NCBI GenBank assembly: GCA_951406725.2
Contig: OX597822.1
Coordinates: forward strand, 43,896,001-43,960,000
Direction: 5' to 3'
Length of the DNA stretch: 64,000 nucleotides
Source: Octopus vulgaris
Lineage: Eukaryota
The stretch's first letter is position 1, and every line of letters starts with the position of its first letter. Of this stretch, positions 1-13,284 are shown in pieces. A program made the position numbers and the translations under genes. The notes beneath the pieces were generated by a model. That model was not told the origin of the DNA, searched no databases, and saw nothing but the letters and a program-made list of their open reading frames with translations.

Positions 1-714
1 GTTTGGGAGATGATATCTGGAGAGGTTGTGGGCCCTTTGCTGCGATTACATGGAAAGGTGAATGCAGGAGTTTATAAACAACTTGTAAAAGATCATGTCT
101 TGCCTGTGATGAGAAATTCAACTAAGCGACCACCCATATTCATGCAGGACAATGCCCCATGTCACAAGGCTAAGGTGGTCATGAACTTCCTCAAGGCTGA
201 AAAGGTTATTGTTATGGATTGGCCTGCTCAAAGCACAGACCTCAATCCTATTCAAAATGTGTGGAATATTCTAGGAGAACGTTTGAAAGCCAGAAATCCT
301 AAAACAACCGAGCAATTATGGAATGCCCTTCAGGAAGAATGGAATAAGATCACCCAGCAAGAAATTGAAAATTTAATTTCCCTATGCATTAAAATATGTC
401 AAACTTTGATTGAAGCTAAAGGGCTTCACACTAAATATTAAATAATTCCAGCATTCTCTGCCACTTTTTGATTATTTTGTTATTTTTTCAACCGTTCTGA
501 TCATTTTGGCCACCATGGGTTTTGGAGTAAATCACTATATTATCCATAACTTTTGTATTATCTACTCAAATTACACCTAAATCTCAGACAATACCAATTA
601 ATATTGTATTTATTGTCTGTGAAAATTATAGAATATAAAACAACTTTAATAAAAAAACTTATATCTACTTTTCTGACGAAAACAATGCCGTTCTGAACAT
701 TTCGGTCGCAACTG
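1..714 (+). mobile_element. Tc1-like DNA transposon, 3' part: transposase C-terminus (ORF 10..441) plus right terminal repeat
   Basis: The ORF carries Tc1 DDE motifs FMQDNAPCH, WPAQSTDLNPIQNVW (cf. WPxQSPDLNPIENxW) and the C-terminal AKGLHTKY. The element ends ...GCAACTG followed by TA at 715-716. Confidence 0.9.
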
Positions 715-724
715 TATATATACA

Positions 725-1132
725 CTTTTACTCTATTTTTTACTCTTATACTTTATCAGTCATTTGACTGCAGCCATGCTGGCGCACCGCCTTTAGTCGA
801 GCAAATCGACCCCAGTACATATTCTTTGTAAGCCTAGTACTTATTCTAGCGGTCTCTTATGCCGAACGGCTAGGTTACGGGGATGTAAACACGCAAGCAT
901 CTGTTGTCAAGCAATGTTGGGAGGACAAACACAGACACACAAACATGTACATATATATACATACATATATACGATCGGCGTATTTCAGTTTCCGTCTACC
1001 AAATCCACTCACAAGGATTTGGTCGGCCCGAGGCTATAGTAGAAGACACTTGCCCACGGTGCCACGCATTGGGACTGAACCCGAAACCATGTGATTAGTA
1101 AGCAAGCTACATACCACAGAGTCACTCCCACG

Positions 1133-1134
<2 letters not shown>
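725..1134 (-). mobile_element. SINE family A, full length (tRNA-like head, internal TA/TG microsatellite, CR1-like tail)
   Basis: The minus strand has an A-box-like segment, B box GGTTCAGTCCC and a GGGCAAGTGTCTT core, and ends in a GGCGGTGC..CAGTCAAATGACTG tail. About 10 copies or fragments occur in the window. Confidence 0.85.
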
Positions 1135-1174
<40 letters not shown>

Positions 1175-2200
1175 TATATACGTGTTTGTGTGTGTGTGTG
1201 TATGTGTGTGTGTGTGTGTGAGTGTGTGTGTGTGTGCGTGCGCGTGCATGTATGTATATCAATTTATATACAGAACCGAAAGAGCTACTATTAGTTTCAT
1301 GCTGTTATGATACTTAAATACATGACCATGTATCTGAAAGCGATCTGTCAGACTCCGTTTATACGTCATTCATATTTTAAAACCAAAGACACTGGACAGT
1401 AAGAAGATAAGAAAAAAAGTGAAGACAACACGTGAAGAAGGTTGGTGCAAAAAATGCAACGAGTAAAACGAAACCAAATCAGTCTTCTTTGTGTATATAT
1501 ACTATATATATATCATATAAATGCAAGCTTATGTGGTTATGTATGTATGTTTAACATATGAAAGATCGGAAACGGTGCTTCGTCCGTACGTAATAATCAA
1601 AGCATATCTATGAGAAATTATTCAACTTTTAGGTAGATTACTCTCATACTATCCTTTACCATGAGTCCATCTTTTTCTATTATTTACCTTACTCTTTATC
1701 ACTCACTGTCTCTTCCCCCCTTTCTATCTCTCGTCCTCTCTCTATAAATATATTATCTATCACGCATTGCGTCCATTTTGTTTTAAATTTCGTTTTCTAA
1801 TGTTTAATTTCATTTTTATCACAACTATCACGCACAAATCCTGTTTCCTGATTGGGTAAAAATGACCAAAATTTTTCTGAAATTTGCTTGAATAAATGTA
1901 ACTCAAACTCGGATTCAGTGTGAAAAAAGTAGATCAATCTACCAAATTTGAAACTTTCCACATTATTTTAAAATTTCAAAATCTATGACAACAACAAATA
2001 AGATGACTATCTATTTTATTTCTCGCTTTTCTCATAGTAAACCTTGTCCCTCTCTGTACTTTTTCCATTTCTCTCTCTCTCTCTCCATAAAAGTATATCG
2101 CTCACGCTGTGTGCGTGTCTGTCAGCGAGCGGGTATTCATGTGTGTAGGGGAAAAAAAATAGTGCATTCATGCGTGTGATTGAAAAATGTATGTAAAACT

Positions 2201-3941
2201 CTTTTACTCTTTTACTTGTTTAAGGCATTTGACCACGGCCATGATCGAGCATCGGCTTTTGACGAGCAAATCGACCCTGGGACGTATTCTTTGTAAGCCT
2301 AGTACTTATTCTATCGGTCGCTTTGCCGAACCGCTAAGTGATGGGGACATAAACACACCGCCATCGATTGTCAAGCAATGCTAGGGAGACAAACACAAAC
2401 ACAAACGCACACACACACATATACAGGGTGGGGAAGCAAAATATTTTGAGGCAGGGATTGAAAGACAGTGTATGACCAATTAGTTTATTGAAAGTCATGA
2501 GAATTTATTTGCCACAAGAAAATTTACATAATACAAAATATTTTTATTGTGTGTCCTCCTTCTTTCTCAATAACTGCCTTCACATGCTTCTTGAAACTTG
2601 CACAGGCGTTCCTCAAATATTCAGGACACAACTTCTCCCATTCTTCGTTAATAGTATCTTTAAGAGAGTCGACATTGCTGTGTGATGTTCTATTGGTAGC
2701 ATGTTCTAAAACGCCCCGATTAGCATAAGCCAGAGGATTTAGATCTGGGCTAGGACGCGGCCATAAACATGATTCAAAAAAATTGCTAAAGTTGTATTTG
2801 TAGAAATCTTGTATTTTTCTAGCTGTGTGGGCTGGAGTACCATCCTGTGTTCATACATAATTACCATCAGGGTAGTTTGCTTTAAGCCACGTCAATACCT
2901 GGTATCTCAAGAGTCTTGTAGTAAGTATTAACATTGATCTTTTCATCAGCTTTGTAGAATTTTATAGGCATTCTCTTTCCATCGGAAGCCACAACACCAA
3001 AAGCCATAACTTGAGCAGGATGTTTTGCTTTGAATGTCCCCTTAACCTCAGCTGTTGATTTTGCGATAAATCTGTCATTTCTGCAGTTCAGAACAGCATC
3101 GACAATGAAAATCTTTTCATCTGAAAACATCGTTACGATGGAGGACTTTTTCTTGAACCATGTAATAATTTTCTTGCACCTTTCCAATCTCTTTTCCTTC
3201 ATAGCTGTTGTCAACAAATGTTTTGGTGTTCTTGTGTAAGATTTTAACCTAAAATCATATTTTACGGAATTTTTAATGGTCTTGTTGTCTACCTCAAGTT
3301 CAATTGCCATTTTTCTCTTGAATTTGGTTAGATCCTTTAGGATTTTGGATTTGAGAGCTTTAATAAAAGCTTTTGTACGTTTTTGTTGATTCCTCCACAT
3401 CCAGACTTCCTTATGATAGTGTTGCACATAGTCATTCTATTCTTTACATTATAAACAGTCTTTATGGACACTCTAACTATTGAAATCTCCTTTGGTGAGA
3501 CGAGTGCATTCAGCAAATTACACACACTTTGACATTTGTTTTCCTGATTACTCATATGGGCAAAAGTTTCTGAAAATGTAAGGATAATAGCGTTAGGTAT
3601 GATTATGACATCAATATATGCTAGGTTTCAAAACAATTGACTTAGTGCCTGGTGAGAAAAAACAACTTAACGTTCAATGTAAATTTTGCTTCCTCACCCT
3701 GTATATATATACATATATACGACGGGCTTCTTTAAGTTTCCGTCTACCAAATCCACTCACAAGGCTTTGGTCGGCCCGATGCTATATAAATCCTTAAATC
3801 CTTAAAAATGTTTTAGCCCGATGCTGGGGCACCACCGCTGTCAGTAGAAGATACTTGCCCAACGTGCCACGCAGTGGGACTCAATCCATAACCATGTGGT
3901 TCGGAAGCAAGCTACTTACCACACAGCCATTCCTGCGCCTA
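2201..3941 (-). mobile_element. SINE family A split by a DNA transposon (tail 2201-2421, head 3704-3941)
   Basis: Both halves match the 725..1134 copy. The interruption falls at a TA in the internal microsatellite. Confidence 0.85.
2424..3701 (-). mobile_element. maT/DD37D-type Tc1-mariner transposon, near full length, frameshifted transposase
   Basis: TIRs CAGGGTGGGGAAGCAAAAT / ATTTTGCTTCCTCACCCTG with TA on both sides. ORFs 3337..3555 and 2882..3427 give FSDEKIF and HPAQVMAFGVV, with TQDGTPAHTA and WPRPSPDLNPL downstream in another frame. The subfamily call rests on motifs only. Confidence 0.88.
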
Positions 3942-4047
3942 TAAAAGATAATTTATTTTAATCCTTAGCAGAGGGATTTAGTACTGACACCTTGTGCTGT
4001 TCACTGATATTAAGCCGTTCAGTATCTACATAATTTTAATAAAGGAA

Positions 4048-4263
4048 AGGCGGTGAGCTGGCAGAAACGTTAGCGCGCCTGGCGAAATGCTTAGTGGTAT
4101 TTTGTGTGTGTTTACGTTCTGAGTTCAAATTCAGCCGAGGTCGACTTTGCCTTTTATCCTTTCGGGGTCGATAAATTAAGTACCAATTGCGAAGTGGGAT
4201 CAATCTAATCGACTGGCTCCCTCCCCCAAAATTCCGGGCCTTGTGCCTTAAGTAGAAAAGAAT
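4048..4263 (+). mobile_element. SINE family B (tail type 1)
   Basis: Head GGCGGTGAGCTGGCAGAA...GAGTTCAAATTC and central GCCTTT.ATCCTTTCGGGGTCGATAAATTAAGTACC. About 11 copies in the window. Confidence 0.85.
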
Positions 4264-5505
4264 TTCTCATACAAGGGGTTTTGCCGTGTATTTACAGTTT
4301 CTTTTCAGTGTAGTATATTTGAAAACACGGTGTCTCACAGAGAAAGACATTGCACTGCTCACACAGTGTTTCGATCCGATCAGTACCACTTCCTGTCTAA
4401 CTGGGGTCAATAGCGTACTTTTATCTTTGTAAATATGTTGTTTTTTTATACAAATACACGCACACGCTCACACGGACGGATATGCTCTATGCAGAGTGGG
4501 GTTAAAAATTTAAATTACAATTTTTGTTGTTTTTTTTGCTTGCTGCTTAAATTCCAGCAATGGTCCATCGCATCATTATTCCATAACATATGTTTACAGG
4601 GAGTAAAATATTGAAAACCGTCAACACATATCAGAGAGAGAGAGGGGGGGAGAGAGACAAAGAAACAGGGTAGGCCGTGGGATGTGCGAGAAACAACAGC
4701 TAAATCTCCCTTAAATCACACTCCTTTTTGTATGAAAATTATTTTGAAATTATAACCAGAATGAAATTGCAGATTCGAACTGTCCATATTTTAAAACTAT
4801 GATTAAAATTAAATTCGGAAAGAATGCGAAATTTGGGGATTTATGAAGAGGTGGAATTACTGAAAAATTGTTAAAGATTCCAATATTGTATTTAAATTAC
4901 GTTTCAATTTCTGTTTAAAAATAAAGAAGTGGTGATTATAATGGTGAACTCGGAATTCCAAATTTCATTTCTTTTCTTTCTAAACTTCAAGGCTTCTATC
5001 GTTTTTAAGTGCGTAGTGCAGAAAGAAAGAAATTAAAATTAAATGGCCGAAATCGGTAGTGAGTGGTTGAGCAGGGTGAGAAAATTTGCTAAATTTTCAA
5101 TTTTCTTTTTTTCTTTTTAACTGAAAGACGTCTGTCATTGTTTCTAAATGTGTTATGCAGAAATAAAAAAAAAATGGAGGAAAATGGATAAAATCGGTCA
5201 GGAAGGTGAGATTCATACATTTTCAAATTATTTCTCCCATAACTGCTTCCTTACAGTGAGTTGGTGAAAAAAATTGAAACATGCTCGTCAAAACCGAAAA
5301 TCCAGCTTATGAGAATGTGCAATTCCAAAAGCCCGGTAAGACATTTTATTGTTCAAATTACCCGACAACGACAGAATCTTAGCTATGCACGCGCGTGTGT
5401 ATACATACATAGTATTTTACTCAAGAACACAGTGCACCGTACAGTCAGGGAATCGAACCTACAATCTAGCGATTGATAGTGCAGTAGCTTAGCCAATTGG
5501 CCACG

Positions 5506-5543
<38 letters not shown>

Positions 5544-5571
5544 CACACACATATATATATAAGCACGCAGA

Positions 5572-5606
<35 letters not shown>

Positions 5607-5690
5607 GCACCAAGTCAGTCCGGTATCATCCGCACAGTTCGAAGTAATATGAATAAAATCAAAATAAGTAACAGGATTTCAAGTAGTAAT

Positions 5691-5776
5691 ACAGTACGAC
5701 CGTTTCAAGTGGATTTATTTAATTGAATAATGTAATCATCGCATCAACTTAAAATAATAGCGCTATCTTCAGTTGT
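5691..5776 (-). ncRNA. Degenerate type I hammerhead motif with long stem II (Penelope-type)
   Basis: The minus strand reads acaa-CTGAAGA-TAGCG...(AT-rich loop)...CACTT-GAAA-CGGTCG-TA-ctgt. Stems I and II are imperfect. Confidence 0.45.
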
Positions 5777-6129
5777 GCAAATAAGGATTTTCAACAGATC
5801 AGATATATTAATATAATTGTTCTTAAAAAATTTAACAGAGCAAAAGGATGAAAGAAATTCCTGTTGTCACTATTAACAAGAATAGCCAAGTGAATAACAT
5901 ACGACAAGTTTTAGAGTGGGATGGGACACAGTGGATGTTCTGTTCCAATTTATCTAACTCCTTATCATCAACAAAAATCTAAGACTAGAAGACTGTATTT
6001 TCAGAATAAAGAGCAAAGTGAATCGACAGATCATAGCTGGCTGTTGGCCATACATTTCAGACTGTCTCAGGTACACCTCCACCCAGAAGAAAAAAGAAAT
6101 AAGACTTTAGAAAGATTGAATTAGATAGT

Positions 6130-6471
6130 AGTTGCTGAGACCCCCTTCGGTCATAAATGACCATGGGATTGCACCTAGAAAGTTACCCTCCCAGGTACAA
6201 GTCCGGGCAAGGTTGTTTATGAAAGACCAGCAGTCACCCATGCATACTGGCCTCCCCTCTCCACGCCACCGATGTTTTCCAAGGGAAAGGCAAAGATCGA
6301 TACAGCTTGGTACCTGTGACGTCGCAACTCATTTCTACAGCTGAGTGAACTGGAGCAACGTGAAATAAAGTGTCTTGCTCAAGTACACAACACGTAGCCC
6401 GGTCCGAGATTCGAACTCACTACCTCACGATTCTAAGCTCGATGCTCGAACCACTGAGCCATCCACCTTCA
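6130..6471 (-). mobile_element. SINE family D
   Basis: The minus strand has A box TGGCTCAGTGG, B box GAGTTCGAATC and core TTGAGCAAGACACTTTATTTCACGTTGCTCCAG, shared with 59461..59690. Confidence 0.8.
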
Positions 6472-6740
6472 CTAGATACTAGTAAATGCCTACAAAAGAA
6501 GTAGGGTACTCTTGACATTAATTCATGATGTTGTTACCAGCTAAACGGACAAAATCTACGAAACTTAGGATGCTATAATGAGATCCAGGGAAAACATTAT
6601 GGGCTCAGTGGGAGAACGTTTATAAACAATATTATGTTGCATAAAAATAAAATAAAATAATCTCTTTTTAAATTCTATAAAGGGATTTCATAACCAAGTT
6701 AGCTAAGAGTTATTTATATATATATATCAATATATAACAA

Positions 6741-7520
6741 TTGGCCCTTTTCGTCTATGCAGACGGTCAATTTATCTTAGAGGTCACCTAATCGAACATA
6801 TCAGGGGCTTTTCTTGTAGCTTCTTTCATGGCTTCTTCTTATGATTGAAGCTCAGCTTCTGTCACAGTACTTGCATGCCAAAAGGGTGGCTCAGCACTCT
6901 GCATTTCTGTTGTTTTCCTTTCGCCGCTGACGCTTCTCAACTTATTTGTTTATGTAGCTGCTCTCTAGCGAAGCAGTTCCTTCCTTCACCACAGTCCCCC
7001 ATGCTGTTCTGTCCTCAGCCCTTTCTTCTCAGGTGCTGACATCCACGTCACACTTGAACAAACTAGTTTTGAAAGTGTCCTTATACATCTGTTTTGGTCT
7101 TCCTCTTGGTCTCTTGCCATGGGCCAGTCCGCTATAGAGCAGTTGGTTCGGGATTCGATGGTCATCCATTCTCCTGACATGCCCCAGCCACCTCAGTTTT
7201 CTCATACACAAGATAGCTGTCATACTCTGAAGATTCGCCTGCGCCAGCACTTCAACATTGGTGACCTTGTCGCGCCATGTTAGGGCTAAGATCTTGCGGA
7301 CGCATCAGAGATGGAAAATACCGAGGCATCTTTCCTGTCTGCTGTACAAAGTCCATGTTTCAGATCCACAGAGGAGTGTGCTGAGAACACATGCTTCATA
7401 AATCCTGATCTTGTCTTGATGTCTAATCTCTTGTTCTTCCATACTCGTTTTGTCAACCTTCCAAAAGTTGCTGCCTTCTCTATCCTGACATTAATCTCAT
7501 CATCAAGTGAAGTAGTAGAG
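6741..7520 (-). mobile_element. RTE-clade LINE, 5'-truncated 3' fragment (decayed)
   Basis: Minus-strand peptides LTWRDKVTNVEVL and LRWLGHVRRMDDHRIPNQLLYSGLAHGKRPRGRPKQMYKD are typical of the RTE C-terminus. A 3' hairpin CGTCTGCATAGACG lies near 6750. Confidence 0.88.
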
Positions 7521-7719
7521 GAAATGAAGCTATAAGATATTACTCATGGACTTAACTATAAGACCACCGTGTCTATAGTGGAAACAACTGTAAGCTAATG
7601 AAGTGCTGAAGATAATTGTTTCTTTATCAGCAATTTTCCTTATAAATATATGCTTTTGGTAATGTTGCTGTTATCATGGTTATTCTCATTATTGGTGTTT
7701 TTGGTGTTGTGGTTGTTGC

Positions 7720-8037
7720 TGTTGGTGATGATGTTAAAGGTGACGATAGCGATAAAGAAGATGATGATGAGGAAGATGATGCAGACGACGAAGGGCGACG
7801 ATGATACTGAAAATGATGACAATCACACCGTCGATGATGTTTACGATGACGGTGTGGGGGACAACGATGACAATGATGATGACAACGACAATGATGATGA
7901 TAACAAAGACGATGCCGAGGAAGATAATAACGATGATGACGACGACTACCACGACGATGTTGAAGTTGACGATGGCGAAAAGGACGACAACAGCAATGAT
8001 AATGACGATGGTGATTATGGCAATGATGATGACGATA

Positions 8038-8068
<31 letters not shown>

Positions 8069-8405
8069 CAGCGACGGCAATAGTGATTCAATCGATGACG
8101 GCGACCAAAACGATGACAAATATGTTGACAATTACAACGAAAATAAAAACGAAGGTGGCGACAAGAATGAGGATAATGTGATAGCGACGACAATAATGAT
8201 CTTGACAATGATGACGATAGCGAAGATGATAACGATGTTGACAATGACAACGACAAAGACGATGCTGACGATGTTGATGCTAACGACGACAATGACGATA
8301 ATGATGATGCTAATGAGGCAAATACGTCAATAAAGATGTTGAGGATGAGGAAGACAACGTCGACGACGTCAATGAGGATGATGATGACGACTATGACGAT
8401 GGCAG
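7720..8405. repeat. Degenerate (GAY/AAY)n trinucleotide low-complexity tract
   Basis: About 680 bp of period-3 GAT/GAC/AAT/AAC units. Confidence 0.9.
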
Positions 8406-8554
8406 ATTGAATGGCCGGGAAGTAAAAACAGTGTAAATCTGCAATTATTAGATAAGTAGGACGAGAAACACAAGACGATGGTCGTCGTCGATTCTGGAAC
8501 ACCTGTGTCTGATCAACTTTCACAGCTTCCACAATAAAACAAATATGCACGCAC

Positions 8555-8555
8555 T

Positions 8556-8596
<41 letters not shown>

Positions 8597-9960
8597 TTAC
8601 ATGCATACATACATACATACATACATACATACATACATACATACATACAACCATACATACATACATACATACATACATACATACATGCATACACACACAC
8701 ATACATACATACATACATACATACATACATACAACCATACATACATACATACATACATACATGCATACACACACACATACATACATACATACATACATAC
8801 ATACAACCATACATACAACCATACATACATACATACATACATACATACATACATACAACCATACATACATACATACATACATACATACAACCATACATAC
8901 ATACATACATACATACAACCATACATACATACATACATACATACATACATACATACATACATACATACATACATACGTACACAGTTACAAATACGCACAC
9001 ACACATGCGTGTGCGCACGTATTTACGTACGTACAACTCTGGACACGCGTCTATCCCCATTTCTTCTATTTGGCACGCATGTTAACACGAATTCACATAC
9101 ACGCACACACGCACACACACACACATACACACACACACTCTCTCTCTCTCTCTTGTTCTCACAAACACGCAAACACACATTCATATAGATACACATAAAC
9201 TATCACCTATGCCTTCACATACATACACGTTCACACATACAGGTTTCGACGCACCTGCACACTTAATTTTTCACACATGTACACTTACGTGCACATACAA
9301 CATATCTAAAAACGCGTTTAACATATCTTTGCACACACACACACACACGCATACACACACGTACATTCACGCACACACCCACATACACACATATATACAC
9401 ACACGTACGTTAACACACATTCACATACACACGTTCACATACATAAACATAGTTTTACTCACATTCACACAAACGTACATATGTACACGAGTTAACACAT
9501 GTTTACACACATACACCCTCACATACACACGTATATAACTTATCACATATTCACACACACATACACACTCATGCACACACATAATTTTACACACACATAA
9601 TTTTACACACACACATACGTATGCACAAAATTTAACACGCGTTCAACATACACTCACAAACACACACATGTACATTAATACACGTTCATACACTCACACG
9701 TACCTTAACACACGTTCATACACACACTCACACACTGACACACATACAAACTCACACACTTACACACACACACAGCCACGCACGTTCGCAAGTGTACATA
9801 CTCACGCACATTTTCACACACATTTCCACACACACAAACACACACATACACCTCCACATACATTCGTAAGCATGCATACACACAAAAACACCCTCATACA
9901 CACACACCCGTTGACACACACACCACACACTCACATACAACACACACACTCACACGTACA
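8555..9960. repeat. Compound (CA)n / (CATA)n microsatellite followed by degenerate CA-rich tract
   Basis: Directly visible. The (CATA)n part has recurrent ACAACC interruptions. Confidence 0.95.
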
Positions 9961-10515
9961 AGGAGAAAGAGTGAGAGAAAGTTGTGGAGAAAGAATTCAA
10001 CAGAGTTCGCCCGGTCTGGAAATCGAAACCGCCATCCTATGACCGCGAGTCCGCTACCCTAACCACTCGGTCATTGAGCCTCCACGCACTCGTTCACAAG
10101 CATACTTACTCACGGACAAAAAATACACTCCCACACACACGTTCACACACGCACAAACACACACAGGAAGAAAGAATGAGAAAAAGTTGTGCGCCCGGTC
10201 TGGGTGCGCCCGGTCTGGGAATCGAAACCGCGAGTCCGCTGCCCTAACCACTCGGCCATTGCGCCTCCACGCACACGTTCGCAAGCATACATACGCACAA
10301 AAAAAATACGCTCTCACGTCCACACACGCACTAACACATACACGCACACACATGAAGAAAGAATGAGAAAAAGCTGTGGAGAAGGAGTACAGCAGGGTTC
10401 GGCCGATCTGGGAATCGAAACCACGATCCTACGGATACGAGTAGGCTACGCTAACCACTCGGCCATTGCGCCTCCACGCACACGTTCACAAGCATACTTA
10501 CTTACGCACAAAAAT
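9961..10515 (-). repeat. Three tandem ~190-bp units, each an internally deleted SINE C head plus flank
   Basis: Units start near 9961, 10165 and 10353 and share GGAATCGAAACC...CCACTCGGCCATTGCGCCTCCACGCACACGTTC.CAAGCATAC. Confidence 0.85.
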
Positions 10516-10686
10516 ACACACACACACACACACATACACACACACACACACACACACCATAAAACACATGTACAATGAAATTAATAAAATACCTTAACAG
10601 ACTATAATTAATATTTCACTTTCCCAATTAGTATTATCACAGTTTATGCCATTGTTCTTTCAATGTCACATTTTGTTCTCGCGCGC

Positions 10687-10717
<31 letters not shown>

Positions 10718-11029
10718 GGTGGTGGTGGTGGTGTTGCTGTTGTTGTTGCTATTGATGTTTGTTTAAAACATTTGTTACACTTCAAATTTGCATTCTTTTG
10801 TCATTGTGAACGTCTAAATTGTTGATTTAAAATTCCATTTTTTTGTTTGTTTGTTTGTTTGTACGTGTGTGTGTGTGTGTGCTTGTGTCTTAGCCATCGG
10901 CTTCGTTTTTAATTATCTTTAATGTTGTATTTTGTTGTTATTCTCGCTGTTATTATTACTGATACTGCGGTCGTTATAGCTGTTCTTGTCCCATACATAC
11001 ATACATACATACATACATACATTCATACA

Positions 11030-11410
11030 TCGTGGAAGTCTGTCGGATACGACGACCAGGGTTCCAGTTGATCCGATCAACAGAACAGCCTGCTCGTGAA
11101 ATCAATGTGCAACTGGTTGAGCACTCCACAGACACGTGTGCCCTTAACGTAGTTCTCGGGGAGATTCAGCGTGACAGTGTGACAATTCTGGCCCTTTGAA
11201 ATACAGGTACAACTGAAACAGGGAGAAAGAGAGAGATAGAAAGTTGTGGGGAGAGAGTACAGCAGTGTTCGCCACTACCTGCTCCCAGAGCCTCGTTGAG
11301 CATTAGATGTTTTCGCTCAATAAACACTCACAAAGCCCGGTCTGGGAATCGAAACCGCGATCCTACGACAGCGAGCCCGCTGCTCTAGCCACTGGGTCAG
11401 TGCGCCGCCT
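11030..11410 (-). mobile_element. SINE family C with tail 1
   Basis: tRNA-like head (CAGTGG...GGTTTCGATTCCC) and tail GATCGGATCAACTGGAACCC, shared with 49770..50027 and 59461..59690. Confidence 0.85.
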
Positions 11411-11472
11411 ACGTACATACATGCATACATGCATACATACATGCATGCATACATACATACATACATACATAC

Positions 11473-11590
11473 AAAAAACAAATACTCTGTTTTGATGTTA
11501 AAATTCCAATGAAGGAACCTTGGATCTAGGTTAGAAACCGCTTCTTTCTTTACTGGCAAGAAATCTTGAAATAAACTGAATAATGACATA
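11473..11590 (+). mobile_element. 3' UTR fragment of the RLE LINE at 58622..59388
   Basis: Matches 38412..38522 and 58625..58735. Flanked by (CATA)n on both sides. Confidence 0.75.
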
Positions 11591-11751
11591 CATACATAAA
11601 TATATACATGCATGCATGTATGTGTGTATGTATCACTGGAACTTTCTTTTTTAAAATGGTTGAACGTCCAGTGAAACATGTTAGACAGGCTGTCTAAGCA
11701 TCAGCGCTAAATAGTCTTATACTGTCATGTAAGAGCTCTTCGTTTATCTTT

Positions 11752-11792
11752 AGTAAAATTTTCGTCGCACTCCTGCGAACTGTTCACTGCAG
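11752..11792 (-). ncRNA. Degenerate minimal hammerhead with G3:C8 core
   Basis: The minus strand reads tgca-GTGAACA-G-TTCGCA-ggag-TGCGAC-GAAA-AT-TT-tact. Stem I is damaged. Confidence 0.5.
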
Positions 11793-12077
11793 CAATTCAA
11801 CTGCAGCTGTTAAAAATTAGCTACTAGCGAGAGTTTATAAGCCTTTAGGAGTGTTGTAAAATGTCTTTATCTTGACTTCCTCTTGCTTTTGTCGAGTATT
11901 CGGACTATATTATGTTGCAGTTGTTTGGTCTTTTGATATCGGTTGCCTTATATGTAAGTATACACATGTCTATGCTATTCATGAAGACCTAGAAATACTT
12001 TGTTTTTGTAATTACACACAGCTAGAGGCGATTTGAGATATTCTAAACATCTGAAACAATTGATACCAACTTGAGGC

Positions 12078-12170
<93 letters not shown>

Positions 12171-12238
12171 AAGAAGAAAAAGAAGAAGAAGAAGAAGAAG
12201 AAGAAGAAGAAGAAGAAGAAGAAGAAGAAGAAGAAGAA
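12078..12238. repeat. (AAT)n(AAG)n compound microsatellite
   Basis: Directly visible. Confidence 0.97.
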
Positions 12239-12354
12239 TGGTTTCAAGATTTGATACAAAGACAGCAAGTTCGGGTAAGGAGGAAGTCGATGACATCGAC
12301 CTCAGGGCTTAAATGGTTCTTAAAACATATTCACACACACACATACACACACAC

Positions 12355-12410
<56 letters not shown>

Positions 12411-12439
12411 AAACACACACATATATATATATATATATA

Positions 12440-13058
12440 TACGACTGGCTTCATTCAGTTTCCGTCTACCAACTCCACTCACAAGGCTTTAGTCGGCCCG
12501 ATGTCATAGAAGACACTTGCCCAAGGTACCACGCAGTGAGACTGAACCTAGAACCATGTAGTTGGAAAGCAAGCTTCTTACCACACAGCCACTCCTGTGC
12601 CCATATATATATATATATATTGATATGTGTATGTCTGTATGTTTGTTTTTGTTCCTCGTCGCCGCTTCACAGCCGGTGTTAACTTGTTCACAGCCCTGTG
12701 ACTTAGCGGCTCGACATAATTTATCAATAGAATAAGTTCTAGGCTTAATGAAAAAATAAGTACAAGGGTCGATTTGTTGGACTAAACCCTTGATAGTGGT
12801 GTTCCAGCATGACCACAGTGCAATGACTAAAAGAAGTAAACGATTGATATAAATCATTTCTACTCTAGGAACACGACCCGAAATTTTTGGGGAAGGAGCC
12901 AGTGGATTAGATTGAACCAATATGCAACAGGTACTTAATTTATCGAACCCAAAATGCAAAGTCGACTTCGGCTGAATTTGAACTCAGAACATAAACACAG
13001 ACGAGATACCGCTAAGCATTTTGCCCAGCGTGCTAACGTTCCTACCAGCTCGCTGCCT
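12440..13058. mobile_element. SINE cluster: A head (-, 12440-12602), A tail (+, 12650-12840), B (-, 12853-13058)
   Basis: Similarity to the other in-window copies. Confidence 0.8.
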
Positions 13059-13284
13059 AACGAATAGTATAAATATAACGTCAATAACTGCTTAACAATA
13101 AAATGAACCGCAGATGAAGAAGACAGAAGGCGCTACCGGGAATCGATTTCACAACCTTTACGATCTCGAGTCGGATATCCTTACCACTACAGTCAAAAGC
13201 AACAACAATGGCGACATATAATCGATGATAAATAAATATGAAATTCGGATGAAAAACAAAAATGAATGAAAAAATAATTATGAA

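Noticed and set aside
7627-9198. Long ORFs (477 aa, Asp-rich 227 aa, His/Thr-rich 217 aa)
   Set aside because: They are open only because GAY/AAY and CATA/CA repeats lack stops in several frames on both strands. No domain or splice evidence.
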